Assembly: GCA_028692885.1 (NCBI GenBank)
Contig: JAQUWM010000002.1
Location: 15,403-79,402 of the forward strand
Direction: 5' to 3'
Length of the DNA stretch: 64,000 nt
Origin: Acetobacterium sp.
GTDB lineage: Bacteria; Bacillota; Clostridia; Eubacteriales; Eubacteriaceae
Below are positions 8,451 to 18,570 of this stretch, piece after piece (the first letter of the stretch is position 1; each line of letters begins with the position of its first letter). The translations under genes were made by a program, and so were the position numbers. The notes under the pieces are model-generated. The model made no database searches. It was not told the DNA's origin and saw only the letters and a list, made by a program, of their open reading frames with translations.

Positions 8451-9569
8451 ATGTATAAACTGTTTATTGTTGAAGACGAGCACCTAGAGATAGAGGCGAT
8501 TAAACTTATTCTTAATCAACATGGCGAAAATATTGAAGTTGTCGGAGAAGCATCTTCGGGATTGGTGGCCATTGAGGAAATTCGTCGGTTGAATCCGGAT
8601 ATTATCCTTTTAGATATTAATATTCCGGAGATTAACGGAATCGATGTTTTAAAGATGATCAAAAAAGAAGATCATGAAAAGAAGGTTATTTTAATTACCG
8701 CATTTAATGAATTTGATTTTGCTCATCAGGCCATCAAAGCTCGGGTCGATGATTTCCTGCTAAAACCGATCCGCCCCCAACAACTTATGGATTCAATCAA
8801 TCAGAGCATCGCTTCATTAAAGAATAATGCTAAAGAGCGATTTGATGAGAAGATGAACGAGGTCATTTTTGCTATTATCCAGAAAAAATACAGTGATGCC
8901 AGAACAGCCCTGATCAGTTATCTGGATATGATCTATGATTATCATACCTATGATGTCATGTCAATACAGGCAGAAATCAAGCATTTTATGGAGGAACTTA
9001 ATATTGTCACTCAGGACATGTGCAGTTACGAGCTGAATAGTCCACTGTGCTCAGGTAACAATATGCAATTTATCAACGGCTATAAAAATCGTTATGACTT
9101 AAAAATAGAGATTATGAAAACAATTGACAAGGTTTTTGATCGGATGCTTGATAATAAAGAAACCCGAAAGAATAATATTGAAGATATTTTGAATTATATT
9201 GACCGAAATTGTTATAAGGACATCTCGCTGGATCAGGTTGGTGAGTATGCGAATATGAGCTCTTATTACTTAAGTAAGATCTTTAAAAAGGAAACTGGTG
9301 TAAATTTTGTAACCTACCTGACCGAACGTAAAATTGAAATTGCCAAGGATATGCTGGCAAATACGGATGTTCCCATTATTAATATCGCTTTGGATCTTTC
9401 CTATCATGAGCCGAATTATTTCAGTAAGGTATTTAAAAAGAGTACCGGAATGACTCCTACCGAGTATCGAAAGCAGCGGCGGGGCATGGCTTTGGAAGAA
9501 AATGAACAGTCGGGAAATACCCATCTAAAAGATGAAAAATATTCAGGAAAGCATCGGGAAGTATCCTAA
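8451..9569 (+). CDS. Response regulator with an AraC output domain (YesN-like)
   Basis: REC domain (VEDE, LLDI, LLKP) and C-terminal AraC (YYLSKIFKKETG, YFSKVFKKSTGMTP). Confidence 0.92.
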   Translation: MYKLFIVEDEHLEIEAIKLILNQHGENIEVVGEASSGLVAIEEIRRLNPDIILLDINIPEINGIDVLKMIKKEDHEKKVILITAFNEFDFAHQAIKARVDDFLLKPIRPQQLMDSINQSIASLKNNAKERFDEKMNEVIFAIIQKKYSDARTALISYLDMIYDYHTYDVMSIQAEIKHFMEELNIVTQDMCSYELNSPLCSGNNMQFINGYKNRYDLKIEIMKTIDKVFDRMLDNKETRKNNIEDILNYIDRNCYKDISLDQVGEYANMSSYYLSKIFKKETGVNFVTYLTERKIEIAKDMLANTDVPIINIALDLSYHEPNYFSKVFKKSTGMTPTEYRKQRRGMALEENEQSGNTHLKDEKYSGKHREVS

Positions 9570-9669
9570 AAGAAGGGATTGTCGCTAAAAACGGCAATTT
9601 TGAAGATGGTTATTTTAGATCGTTCGATTGAAGGTATTCGATCGATTATTGATCAAATTAGACACCAAA

Positions 9670-9708
9670 TAAAAAACGGCTTCTTTCATTAAATGGAAGG
9701 AGCCGTTT
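9670..9708. terminator. Bidirectional terminator
   Basis: AAACGGCTTCTTTC...GGAAGGAGCCGTTT between convergent genes. Confidence 0.7.
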
Positions 9709-9788
9709 GCTTGTTATTATTCAAATTGGAAAAGTGTGAGGACAAAGAAGAATTGCGGTTTAGGTTAATTACCAGAAATAGGCTTGGA

Positions 9789-10376
9789 TTATTTCAACCA
9801 GGCAGATCCCATTGGTAATAGGGTACGATCGTACATGGTATTAATGATTCCGGCAGCACAAATATAAAAGGCACACAGAGAAGTGAAAATTCCGATGTAG
9901 CCAGCAAAGATGCCAAGCGCCGGGCTAGCTAAAAACATAGATAAAGTAAGAAGACCGAATACAGCAAGCAACGTACCGATGCAAAGGATTACAGCTGTGG
10001 CAGTACGAAGGGTTGCAATGAATACAATAAGGGTAAAGATTGTCCAGGCTAAATACAGAATACCCATTGAGGCTGCGTCAGGGGCAAACCATCCCATAAC
10101 GATACCAAAATTTAAAAGACCGAAGAAAAGCCAAAACATTCCGTAAATATTAAAGGCTAGAGCAGTATATAGTTCACCTTTAACGTAACCAAATGCGCCT
10201 GCGAAAAAATGAACCACTGAAACGGCAATAGCCAGTGGGATAATAATTCCAACCGCATCAGCTGGTATCATACCAGCGACCATAAATGCTAAAACAAAAA
10301 GTCCGACGGCAAAAGATGCGATCCCCATGGTGGTTGGATCGGCAATTTTATCGATTTTAGAAACATTATCTGACAT
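9789..10376 (-). CDS. SatP/GPR1/FUN34/YaaH-family acetate channel homolog
   Basis: About 6 TM helices, IADPTTMG N-motif, YGMFW, AFY..A; GGAGG RBS. Confidence 0.8.
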   Translation of the reverse strand: MSDNVSKIDKIADPTTMGIASFAVGLFVLAFMVAGMIPADAVGIIIPLAIAVSVVHFFAGAFGYVKGELYTALAFNIYGMFWLFFGLLNFGIVMGWFAPDAASMGILYLAWTIFTLIVFIATLRTATAVILCIGTLLAVFGLLTLSMFLASPALGIFAGYIGIFTSLCAFYICAAGIINTMYDRTLLPMGSAWLK

Positions 10377-10691
10377 ATTAGACACCTCCTAAGATTTTTA
10401 TAAAGTTTATTTTAATACTCTTCCGTTTTTCCCCATAACCTCACACTTCCGCTTTAAATCGTATCTTGTTTTAGGTATTAAGTCAAGTTATATTTTGAAT
10501 TTATCCTTATTTTTGTGATTTTTTTTGCGATAATTTTGCTCAAAAATGCATAAAAACCTCGAAATAAGTTGCTTTAAATTGGTATTCCCATTAGCAAAGA
10601 TAAATCCCCCCTCATATGCACCTTAAGGTGATAAAACAACGGTCTTGTCAGTTACCGCTTCTTTCTATTTTTTCGATCTTATGAATGATTT

Positions 10692-11657
10692 TTACATCAA
10701 TGCAGGCGTTATTAAGCCTCCAATTATTAAAAAGTTAATTGTTTGTACGACAACAATTGAGCAGACAGGTGCATTAATATGTGTATCTACATTTGTATCC
10801 AAAAGATTATGGAATAGTGCACCCAAAAGGGCCGAAACAATTCCAGCAACAACCGCACCGATAATTGCGGCCACTGAATTTTGGTTTGCACTAAAAAGTA
10901 TAACAGCTGTGGTAGTTGCTGGATAACTAATATGAAACCATGCTTCGCAATCAATTCCCATAACGATGAATAGCAGACCAAAACCACCAAGTGCAAAAGC
11001 AAGCAAGGGCATCATATTAAATAAATATGTCACTTCCGCAGAACCTGTTTCGAGGCTAAAGGTTCCTAAAGCGACGACAACGCCTCCGAATAAGATCCCT
11101 AAGCCGAGACCCATTACAATAAGAAAACCGAGACGCGAGCCAGTAGGAAAGTAAGTGCGTTTTTCTCCTTCAGGAAATTTTCCGGTAAGGCCGGTTTTTC
11201 CAAATACCAAACGAACAATAAATGCCGAGATTAATATTGATAATGCAATACTATCGGTCCAGCCGGTTGCATTATCGCCAAGAAGTCCGGTAAATAAAAA
11301 GCTTCCAACAATATCTGATAAAATATAATCAAGTAGGTAGCCGATCATCCCGAAAATACCACCGACGATTAAGACTGTAGGGTCTCCGAACTTATTCAGT
11401 GGGGTGACAATATCCGAACCATTTTCAAGATGATTCCGCGTCATTGCAAAAGCAGCTGCGGCCACTGCACCGGCAAAGGCAACATGTGGCCCAAACACTG
11501 GACCAAAAGCAATAAGGCCAATAGCCGGGGCTCCGGCCGCCCCCCCAAGGATTGCGGCGATAGCAACAACACTGACGAAAATAAATGAGTTGATCGCACC
11601 AACCATTGAAGCCAATAAACCACCGCCAAAGGCGATGATTAAATAAGTAAAATCCAT
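10692..11657 (-). CDS. Uncharacterised polytopic membrane protein (permease)
   Basis: Highly hydrophobic; IAFGPVFGPHVAFAGAVAAAAFA motif; AAGGGGG RBS before ATG 11657. Confidence 0.8.
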   Translation of the reverse strand: MDFTYLIIAFGGGLLASMVGAINSFIFVSVVAIAAILGGAAGAPAIGLIAFGPVFGPHVAFAGAVAAAAFAMTRNHLENGSDIVTPLNKFGDPTVLIVGGIFGMIGYLLDYILSDIVGSFLFTGLLGDNATGWTDSIALSILISAFIVRLVFGKTGLTGKFPEGEKRTYFPTGSRLGFLIVMGLGLGILFGGVVVALGTFSLETGSAEVTYLFNMMPLLAFALGGFGLLFIVMGIDCEAWFHISYPATTTAVILFSANQNSVAAIIGAVVAGIVSALLGALFHNLLDTNVDTHINAPVCSIVVVQTINFLIIGGLITPALM

Positions 11658-11715
11658 TATTATCCCCCTTGTAAAATATGATTTGGAATCGGATAGCGTT
11701 TTTTTATTATCCACG

Positions 11716-11731
11716 GCAATGAACTTGCCAG
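11716..11731 (-). promoter_or_regulatory. sigma54 -24/-12 promoter of the permease
   Basis: CTGGCAAGTTCATTGC: GG-N10-GC with TGGCA and TTGC, ~60 bp upstream of the ATG. Confidence 0.65.
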
Positions 11732-12375
11732 TAAGATCTGCAAAAAAATCATGCGTTTCAATTGCCAGCGGTTATAGCTACCCGGGCGTTGTTCTCTGCT
11801 TCCGAAAGTTTTGTTTAAACATACATATTGATAAAGCTACATTCACAGCATAGAAAAGCATTTGTAGCTTGAGCGGTGTCAAAACTCAGATTAGACGATT
11901 ATACAGGAATTTATACGTTTACACAATCAAGTCACAAGCCCTTATCAATCTCCTTCCTCAGGGCAGGTCATTTCTATTTTATACGTTTACATCCTGGATT
12001 TTTTATAGCCGGCTGAATAGTTCTTAACAATAATTGTAATGAAGGCCGTATAAATACAGCTTTTACTGAGGGTTTTGACGATCACCGCTTCAATTAATAT
12101 CAGAGTAGTATCGGATATTGATTGATTGTGTATAATTATATCACAAATATTCAAAAGTGTCGCCACATTTATTGTTAATACATCAAAATCCAGTCAATTT
12201 ACGATACGGCTTTTGAGTAATAAGAAGGAATGTAGTTGAATTCGAGAAACTTTTCTAATTTTACTTGAAGGATTGATTAAGTAATAACGGTAAGGAATAT
12301 AATGGTTTTATCTATACAATTTATTAGGATTGTAATATAATAAAATCATAAAAGAATTAAGATGAAGAGGGAACA

Positions 12376-14133
12376 ATGTCATATTTAGCGCTCTATCGGA
12401 AATATCGGCCGCAAACCTTTGATGAGGTGGTAGGTCAGGATAGTATCACTCGAATACTAAAAAATCAAATTAAATATAATCGGATTGGACACGCCTACCT
12501 TTTTTCAGGGATTAGAGGAACGGGAAAAACTTCCTTGGCAAAAATATTCGCCAAGGCCATTAATTGCCCCAATGGAATTGACGGAAATCCCTGTAATGAA
12601 TGTGAAGTTTGCCTGAAAATCGATCGCCCAGGCATCATGGACATCATTGAAATCGATGGCGCATCCAATCGTGGCGTCGATGAAATACGTGAAATTCGAG
12701 AACGAATAAAATACCCACCAACAGTGGGCAAGTATAAGGTTTACATTATTGATGAAGTTCACATGCTCACCAAGGAAGCCTTTAATGCCCTATTAAAAAC
12801 GCTTGAAGAACCTCCGGAACACGCCGTCTTTATATTGGCGACCACAGAACCGAACAAGTGTCCGGTGACGATCTTATCGCGATGCCAACGCTACGAAATT
12901 CGTCCGATTCCCAAAGCGCTAATCATCGAACAGATGAAAAAGATCTGTCAGGATATCCAGGTGACGATGTCAGCTGAAAGCTATGATTTTATCGCAACCC
13001 GGGGTGAAAACTCAATGCGTGATTCGCTCAGTTTATTGGATCAAATCATTGACTTGAAAGATGAAACGGGAAGGATCGCTTTCACTGAGCTACTGGAATT
13101 CACTGGTATGGCCGACAAACAAAGTATCGGCGATTTAATCAAACGAATTATTTCTCATGACAGCGTCGGTGTTTTAACTGGATTAAGAGACCTCGTCAGC
13201 AACGGAAAAGATAACATCTTATTAATGGATCAGATAATCGAATTTCTGCGGGGGATCCTGATTACGAAAACGACAAAAGCGATGGCAAAAGAAATTTTAC
13301 TCTGTACGAGTGAGGATTTTGTAACCTACGAAGAATTAAGTAAAAAACTGACCTTCAATCAGTTATATCAAATGATTAGTCAACTGATTGATGAAAAAAA
13401 TAAACTGAAATACAGTAGTCTGCAGGGAATCATCGTGGAAATGGCGCTTTTGAAACTTTGTCTGGCGGATCAGGTGCCTATGTTGCCCCCAAGAACGGAG
13501 AGCGTTTCACAAAAAAACGAGATTAAACCATTGCCGTCGCTTAACCCCCAAAGTAAGCCGGTAGTTAAAGCGCTTCCGCCAGAAAAGCTGCTCCAATCGG
13601 GAAATCAGCCGTTAGATAACAGCTTGTTTGAAACTGAATTTGAAGACCTCGAAGAGGAGCGGTTCTCAGCGGAGGCGGAAGCCTTTGAAGCGGTACCTGA
13701 AAGTAAAGACCGGGTCGAATTGCCTGGACAAGAAAAAAAAGTTGCCCAACCATTGTCGGGCAAAAAAGAAAAGACTGCGAGCAGTCGTCATGATGAGATG
13801 AGATTCTTTAAAATGCTCTGCGAGGAAATCGGAAAAACAAACTCAGGTCAGGCAATGTTTTTAAAACGCGGCGAACCATTACTGGAGGATGAGGGACAGC
13901 TGTCAATTATCTATTCACTGGAAAACCGGAATTTTTATCAGTTTGTCAATAAACCAGAGTTAATAAAAGGTTTTGAAACGGTGCTCCTTCAGAAAACAGG
14001 AAAACCGATGATGGTCTCAATTAAATTAGAAGAAGAGAATTTTAATGAACTTGATCTGGTCGAAAAAACTCTGCGGATCATCAACAACGAGGCCGTAGAA
14101 ATAATCAAAACCGACGATGAACTAAAAAATTAG
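12376..14133 (+). CDS. dnaX: DNA polymerase III gamma/tau
   Basis: YLALYRKYRPQTF, GIRGTGKTS, IDEVHML, LSRCQ. Confidence 0.97.
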   Translation: MSYLALYRKYRPQTFDEVVGQDSITRILKNQIKYNRIGHAYLFSGIRGTGKTSLAKIFAKAINCPNGIDGNPCNECEVCLKIDRPGIMDIIEIDGASNRGVDEIREIRERIKYPPTVGKYKVYIIDEVHMLTKEAFNALLKTLEEPPEHAVFILATTEPNKCPVTILSRCQRYEIRPIPKALIIEQMKKICQDIQVTMSAESYDFIATRGENSMRDSLSLLDQIIDLKDETGRIAFTELLEFTGMADKQSIGDLIKRIISHDSVGVLTGLRDLVSNGKDNILLMDQIIEFLRGILITKTTKAMAKEILLCTSEDFVTYEELSKKLTFNQLYQMISQLIDEKNKLKYSSLQGIIVEMALLKLCLADQVPMLPPRTESVSQKNEIKPLPSLNPQSKPVVKALPPEKLLQSGNQPLDNSLFETEFEDLEEERFSAEAEAFEAVPESKDRVELPGQEKKVAQPLSGKKEKTASSRHDEMRFFKMLCEEIGKTNSGQAMFLKRGEPLLEDEGQLSIIYSLENRNFYQFVNKPELIKGFETVLLQKTGKPMMVSIKLEEENFNELDLVEKTLRIINNEAVEIIKTDDELKN

Positions 14134-14214
14134 GTTAAAAAGATAGTGATATCTATTGGCCATTAGTGTTATAATAATGAAGTTATTAAGAATAGAAAAC
14201 CACAGGAGGATAGA

Positions 14215-14559
14215 ATGGCAAAACGAAAAATGCCGGCCGGAATGGGCGGTGGCAACATGAATAATATGATGAAACAAGTGCAGAAAATGCAACAAAATAT
14301 GGCTAAATTACAGGAAGAACTGGAAGAACGGGAAGTTGATGCGACAGCCGGCGGCGGAGCCGTTAAGGTAGTGGCAACCGGTAAAAAGACGATCTTATCA
14401 ATCAAGATTGATCCGGAAGTCATTGATGAAGATGATATTGAAATGCTGGAAGACCTGGTGCTGGCAGCTGTCAATGAAGCACTTGTTAAAGCAGAGGAGA
14501 TGGTTAATACCGAGATGGGAAAAATTACCGGTGGAATGAATATTCCGGGTTTGATGTAG
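14215..14559 (+). CDS. YbaB/EbfC nucleoid-associated protein
   Basis: [24 protein letters not shown]; lies between dnaX and recR. Confidence 0.95.
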   Translation: MAKRKMPAGMGGGNMNNMMKQVQKMQQNMAKLQEELEEREVDATAGGGAVKVVATGKKTILSIKIDPEVIDEDDIEMLEDLVLAAVNEALVKAEEMVNTEMGKITGGMNIPGLM

Positions 14560-14566
14560 GTGATCG

Positions 14567-15166
14567 ATGGGATATTACCCAAAAACCCTTGAGCGGCTGG
14601 TTCAGGAGCTGGGGAAACTTCCTGGCATCGGAGAAAAATCAGCGCAACGGTTAGCCTTTCACATTATCAACCTCTCAGATGAAGAAATAACAAACCTTTC
14701 TGAAGCACTAATATCAGCAAAATCAAAAATTGTCTGGTGTCAGAAATGTTTTACCATTACTGATAAGGAAATCTGCGATATTTGTGAGAATCCCAAGCGG
14801 GATCAGCAAACCATCTGTGTCGTTCAAAACAGTCGGGATATTTTCGCAATTGAAAAAACCCGCGAATACAACGGGCTGTACCATGTTCTTCACGGCGCTA
14901 TCTCGCCGTTGGATGGAATTGGGCCGCAGGACATCAAAGCCCGAGAACTATTGCTGCGCATTGGTGCAAGCGACATTAAAGAAGTCATCATGGCTACAAA
15001 TGCTACCGTCGAAGGCGAAGCCACCGCCATGTATTTAGGAAACCTGATCAGTCCGCTGGGCGTAAAGGTCACCCGGTTGGCTAAGGGTATCCCCATTGGT
15101 GCGGATCTTGAATATACAGATGAGATCACAATAATTAAAGCCTTTGAAGGAAGAAATGAGATCTAA
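14567..15166 (+). CDS. recR: Recombination protein RecR
   Basis: LPGIGEKSAQRLA, C4 Zn finger, YHVLHG.ISP.DG, EGEATA. Confidence 0.97.
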   Translation: MGYYPKTLERLVQELGKLPGIGEKSAQRLAFHIINLSDEEITNLSEALISAKSKIVWCQKCFTITDKEICDICENPKRDQQTICVVQNSRDIFAIEKTREYNGLYHVLHGAISPLDGIGPQDIKARELLLRIGASDIKEVIMATNATVEGEATAMYLGNLISPLGVKVTRLAKGIPIGADLEYTDEITIIKAFEGRNEI

Positions 15167-15192
15167 ACCTTTAAATTAAAGGAGAGTTTAAA

Positions 15193-16926
15193 ATGTTTGT
15201 TAAAGAAGGAATTATTGCATCACCTGGTATTGTTATTGCTAAGGTACTTGTTTATGAAAAGATTCTGATCGAAGTAAACGAGAGTAAAATTGAAGACTCC
15301 GAGGCTGAAATTATTAAATTTCAGAATGCGGTGAAGAAAAGTCATGAGCAATTAGAAACCATCCGAATAAAGGCGATTAGCGAGCTTGGCAAAGAAGAAG
15401 GGGCTATTTTTGAAGCTCATGCCATGGTTCTGGATGATCCTGAATTTGTGGAAGGTGTCGAGACAGAAATCAATGACAATCACCTGGCTGCCGATCATGC
15501 GGTTAAGATCATCACTGACCGGTTTTATGAAATTTTTGATCAGATGGATGATCCTTATTTTAGTGCCCGGGCAGCTGATATTAAAGATGTCGGAACCCGG
15601 GTGCTGCAGAATATTCTGGGAATTGTCCAGGCCGATTTATCGAAATTAGATGAAGACGTGATTATCATTGCCGACGATCTGACCCCATCGGATACGGCGC
15701 AAATGGATAAAAAACGGGTAATTGGTTTTGCCACCAATGTTGGAAGTCGAACATCCCATACCGCCATTATGGCACGCAGTCTGGAAATACCAGCGGTTCT
15801 TGGCTTAGGTGATATCACTGAGACGGTCAAAACTGGGGATTTGATGGTAGTCGATGGTCTGACTGGTAAGGTGTGCGTTAATCCTACTAACGAACAATTA
15901 GAATCATATGAAAACGAAAAACTGAAATATCGAAATTATTTAAAAGAACTGGAAGAACTTAAAGATCTGGATGCCGTCACCCTGGATGGCAGAAAAGTCG
16001 AATTAGTCGGGAATATCGGCGAGCCCAACGATGTGGCCGGCGTCCTGAAAAATGGTGGGGTTGGGGTCGGACTCTATCGAACTGAATTTTTATACATGAA
16101 CAGCGATGTGATGCCCAGCGAAGAAAAGCAGTTTGCAGCTTACCGTTCGGTTTTAGAAGCTTTTCCCAACGGACCGGTAATTATTCGGACCTTGGATATT
16201 GGCGGCGATAAAAAACTGCCTTACTTGCCGATGGATGATGAGTTGAATCCATTTTTGGGTATGCGGGCAATCCGCCTTTGTTTCAAAGAGATCGGTTTGT
16301 TCAAAGTTCAGCTCAGGGCAATTTTAAGAGCCAGCGTTTATGGACAGGCTCACATCATGTTTCCGATGATTTCAGCAATTACTGAGGTCAGGCAGGCAAA
16401 AGCCATCCTTCTGGATTGTATGAAAGAATTGGAAGCGGAAAAACTACCCTATGATAAGGCTGTTAAGGTTGGGGTAATGATTGAAATTCCTTCGGCCGCC
16501 ATTGCCGCCGATATTATTTCGAAAGAAGTCGATTTCTTCAGTATTGGTACCAATGATCTCTGTCAGTATACCCTGGCGGTGGACAGAATGAATCAGGAAG
16601 TTTCTTACCTGTATGATCCGTTTAATCCGGCTATTTTACGACTGATTAAACAGGTAACGGCAACATCTGACCAGAAAGACAACTTTTTCACCGGGATGTG
16701 CGGCGAAATGGCCGGTGATCCTTTGGCGGCGGTATTACTATTGGGTCTGGGTCTTGATGAATTCAGCATGAGTGCGCTGTCAATTCCCCAGATAAAAAAA
16801 ATCATTCGCAGTGTCCGTTATGAAGATGCTAAAAATATTGCTGATGCCGCGCTTAATATGGAAACTGGCGAAGAAATAATGGATTTTGTTCAAAAATCAA
16901 TGAAAAAATTGAATTTAAATATTTAG
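15193..16926 (+). CDS. ptsI: PTS enzyme I
   Basis: TSHTAIMARS phospho-His motif, GLYRTEFL, FSIGTNDL, MCGEMAGD. Confidence 0.97.
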   Translation: MFVKEGIIASPGIVIAKVLVYEKILIEVNESKIEDSEAEIIKFQNAVKKSHEQLETIRIKAISELGKEEGAIFEAHAMVLDDPEFVEGVETEINDNHLAADHAVKIITDRFYEIFDQMDDPYFSARAADIKDVGTRVLQNILGIVQADLSKLDEDVIIIADDLTPSDTAQMDKKRVIGFATNVGSRTSHTAIMARSLEIPAVLGLGDITETVKTGDLMVVDGLTGKVCVNPTNEQLESYENEKLKYRNYLKELEELKDLDAVTLDGRKVELVGNIGEPNDVAGVLKNGGVGVGLYRTEFLYMNSDVMPSEEKQFAAYRSVLEAFPNGPVIIRTLDIGGDKKLPYLPMDDELNPFLGMRAIRLCFKEIGLFKVQLRAILRASVYGQAHIMFPMISAITEVRQAKAILLDCMKELEAEKLPYDKAVKVGVMIEIPSAAIAADIISKEVDFFSIGTNDLCQYTLAVDRMNQEVSYLYDPFNPAILRLIKQVTATSDQKDNFFTGMCGEMAGDPLAAVLLLGLGLDEFSMSALSIPQIKKIIRSVRYEDAKNIADAALNMETGEEIMDFVQKSMKKLNLNI

Positions 16927-16951
16927 AAAAGAATCATTAGGAGGAATTACA

Positions 16952-17215
16952 ATGGTAAAAAAAGAAGTGACAGTATTAAATGCAACAGGTTTACATGCCC
17001 GCCCGGCGTCGATGTTTGTTCAAACAGCCGGAAAATTCAAATCAAAGATATTTGTGATTAAAGATGGTAACGAAATTAACGCTAAAAGTATTATGGGCAT
17101 TATGGCTGGGGGAATTTCACAGGGAACAACCGTCGAAATTCAGGCTGAAGGTGATGATGAAACGGAAGCAGTGGATGCTTTGGTGCAATTAATCAACGAT
17201 AAGTTTGGCGAATAG
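16952..17215 (+). CDS. ptsH: Phosphocarrier HPr
   Basis: GLHARPA (His15), NAKSIM (Ser46). Confidence 0.96.
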   Translation: MVKKEVTVLNATGLHARPASMFVQTAGKFKSKIFVIKDGNEINAKSIMGIMAGGISQGTTVEIQAEGDDETEAVDALVQLINDKFGE

Positions 17216-17310
17216 TTTCTTTGAAATAAAAAATAAAATAAATACCTGTTAATTATGGGGATTTTGAGGTAAAATATAGTAATATTACAATGAAAGTGGA
17301 GGAATTTAAA

Positions 17311-17691
17311 ATGAGCAGTAACAAATTATATTTTGTTGGCGGACTTTTTCTAGGAACCATCATTGGCGGGACTCTGGGGGTGTTATTGGCACCAGCAGCT
17401 GGAGAAGAAACCCGAAAAAAATTGTCTGAAGGTACCGAAGAAGTCCTGGGAAATGCCTATGATCAGGCCGTAGAATATGGTGAAAATCTCAAAGAACAAT
17501 TCCAGGACATGCAAGAACAATTTACTGAACGGGTTAATGAATACAAAAACCAGATCGAAAGCAAAATTCAGGAAATTCAGGACGAAGTTGAACAGGATAT
17601 TGCTGATTTAAACGAAGAACTGGAAGCGCTTGAAAAAGAAGAAGCAGAATTGACAGAAGAAGCTGAAGTAACCGATAAAGAAGAAGCGTAA
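17311..17691 (+). CDS. YtxH-domain general stress protein
   Basis: G-rich TM segment, LLAPAAGEETRKKL, acidic coiled coil. Confidence 0.85.
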   Translation: MSSNKLYFVGGLFLGTIIGGTLGVLLAPAAGEETRKKLSEGTEEVLGNAYDQAVEYGENLKEQFQDMQEQFTERVNEYKNQIESKIQEIQDEVEQDIADLNEELEALEKEEAELTEEAEVTDKEEA

Positions 17692-17708
17692 GGGTTGGAA
17701 ACTATAAA

Positions 17709-18065
17709 ATGATAACGTTAAATTTTAGCTTGTGGGAATTGGCGCTGTTATTAGTAGGGGTTGCCTTTGTGGTCGGAACGGTTTATCTGGTTAAGCTGTT
17801 TAAAAGTCTGGCCGCAACCTTTGACACAACCACCAAGCTGATGGAGGACAATCGTCTGGCACTTCACAGTATTATCGAAAATGCTGATGATATTACCAAA
17901 TCGACGGCACATATCGTGGATAAGTCCAGCATGATGGTGGATGAAGTGGAAGTGGCGTTAAATACCATCAAACATGATGTTATTGATCCAGTGGTAAAGG
18001 CGGCATCGATATTAAAAAGAGGCTTGGGAGTTTTTCAAACTAAGAATAGAACAAACAAGGTATAG
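17709..18065 (+). CDS. DUF948/YtxG-like membrane-anchored protein
   Basis: One TM segment followed by an amphipathic helical region; paired with YtxH. Confidence 0.65.
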   Translation: MITLNFSLWELALLLVGVAFVVGTVYLVKLFKSLAATFDTTTKLMEDNRLALHSIIENADDITKSTAHIVDKSSMMVDEVEVALNTIKHDVIDPVVKAASILKRGLGVFQTKNRTNKV

Positions 18066-18081
18066 GCCGTGGATTACAGCC

Positions 18082-18122
18082 CTAGGCCCAATGACGGTGA
18101 ATGCCTCATTGGGTCTAGTTTT
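18082..18122 (+). terminator. Intrinsic terminator
   Basis: CTAGGCCCAATGA...TCATTGGGTCTAG followed by a T-tract. Confidence 0.75.
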
Positions 18123-18128
18123 AAATTT

Positions 18129-18162
18129 GCGAGAAGGCCGGCAGTTGGCGAGCGCCTGCGAA
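18129..18162 (+). repeat. Internally deleted relic of the 85-bp repeat
   Basis: GCGAGAAGGC (9/10) and AGTTGGCGAGCGCCTGCGAA (17/20) match the two ends of the repeat's first module. Confidence 0.6.
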
Positions 18163-18226
18163 ATGAAAGTTTAGTGAAGAAAAGTGGCTTTCTTTTCAAA
18201 CAGATTAATTATGAAATGGAGATTAT

Positions 18227-18547
18227 ATGAATAGCAATAACATAATTGAAATGGGAAAAACAAGTATGGTCAGTATTAAAGGCGAAATCGACATTTATTC
18301 CATTGAAAAATTCAGAGCGTCAATTGAAAAAATAATTAAAACTCAGGCAACCGAAATCATTCTGGACTGTTCCGAGTTATCCTATATGGACAGTACCGGT
18401 ATGGGCGTTTTAATCGAGCTGAGAAATAAATCAAAAGAAATGGGACAAAAGATTATTATGATGAACCCGCGACCGAATATTAAAAAGCTATTATCGCTTA
18501 CTGGGGTCGATAAAATAATTGAAATTGTAGACAATCCTGCTAACTAA
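18227..18547 (+). CDS. rsbV: Anti-sigma factor antagonist (STAS)
   Basis: GEIDIY, YMDSTGMGVL phospho-Ser motif. Confidence 0.88.
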   Translation: MNSNNIIEMGKTSMVSIKGEIDIYSIEKFRASIEKIIKTQATEIILDCSELSYMDSTGMGVLIELRNKSKEMGQKIIMMNPRPNIKKLLSLTGVDKIIEIVDNPAN

Positions 18548-18570
18548 GCAAATTGAGAAGGTGAAAAAGA

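Noticed and set aside
11760-12375. SRP RNA or a known riboswitch upstream of dnaX or the permease
   Set aside because: Only a GGAAGCAG fragment is seen; no SRP domain IV (CAGG..GNRA..AGCAG) or recognisable aptamer core.
17216-17290. sigmaB promoter before ytxH (GTTAAT-13-AGGTAA)
   Set aside because: Too weak a match in AT-rich DNA to call.
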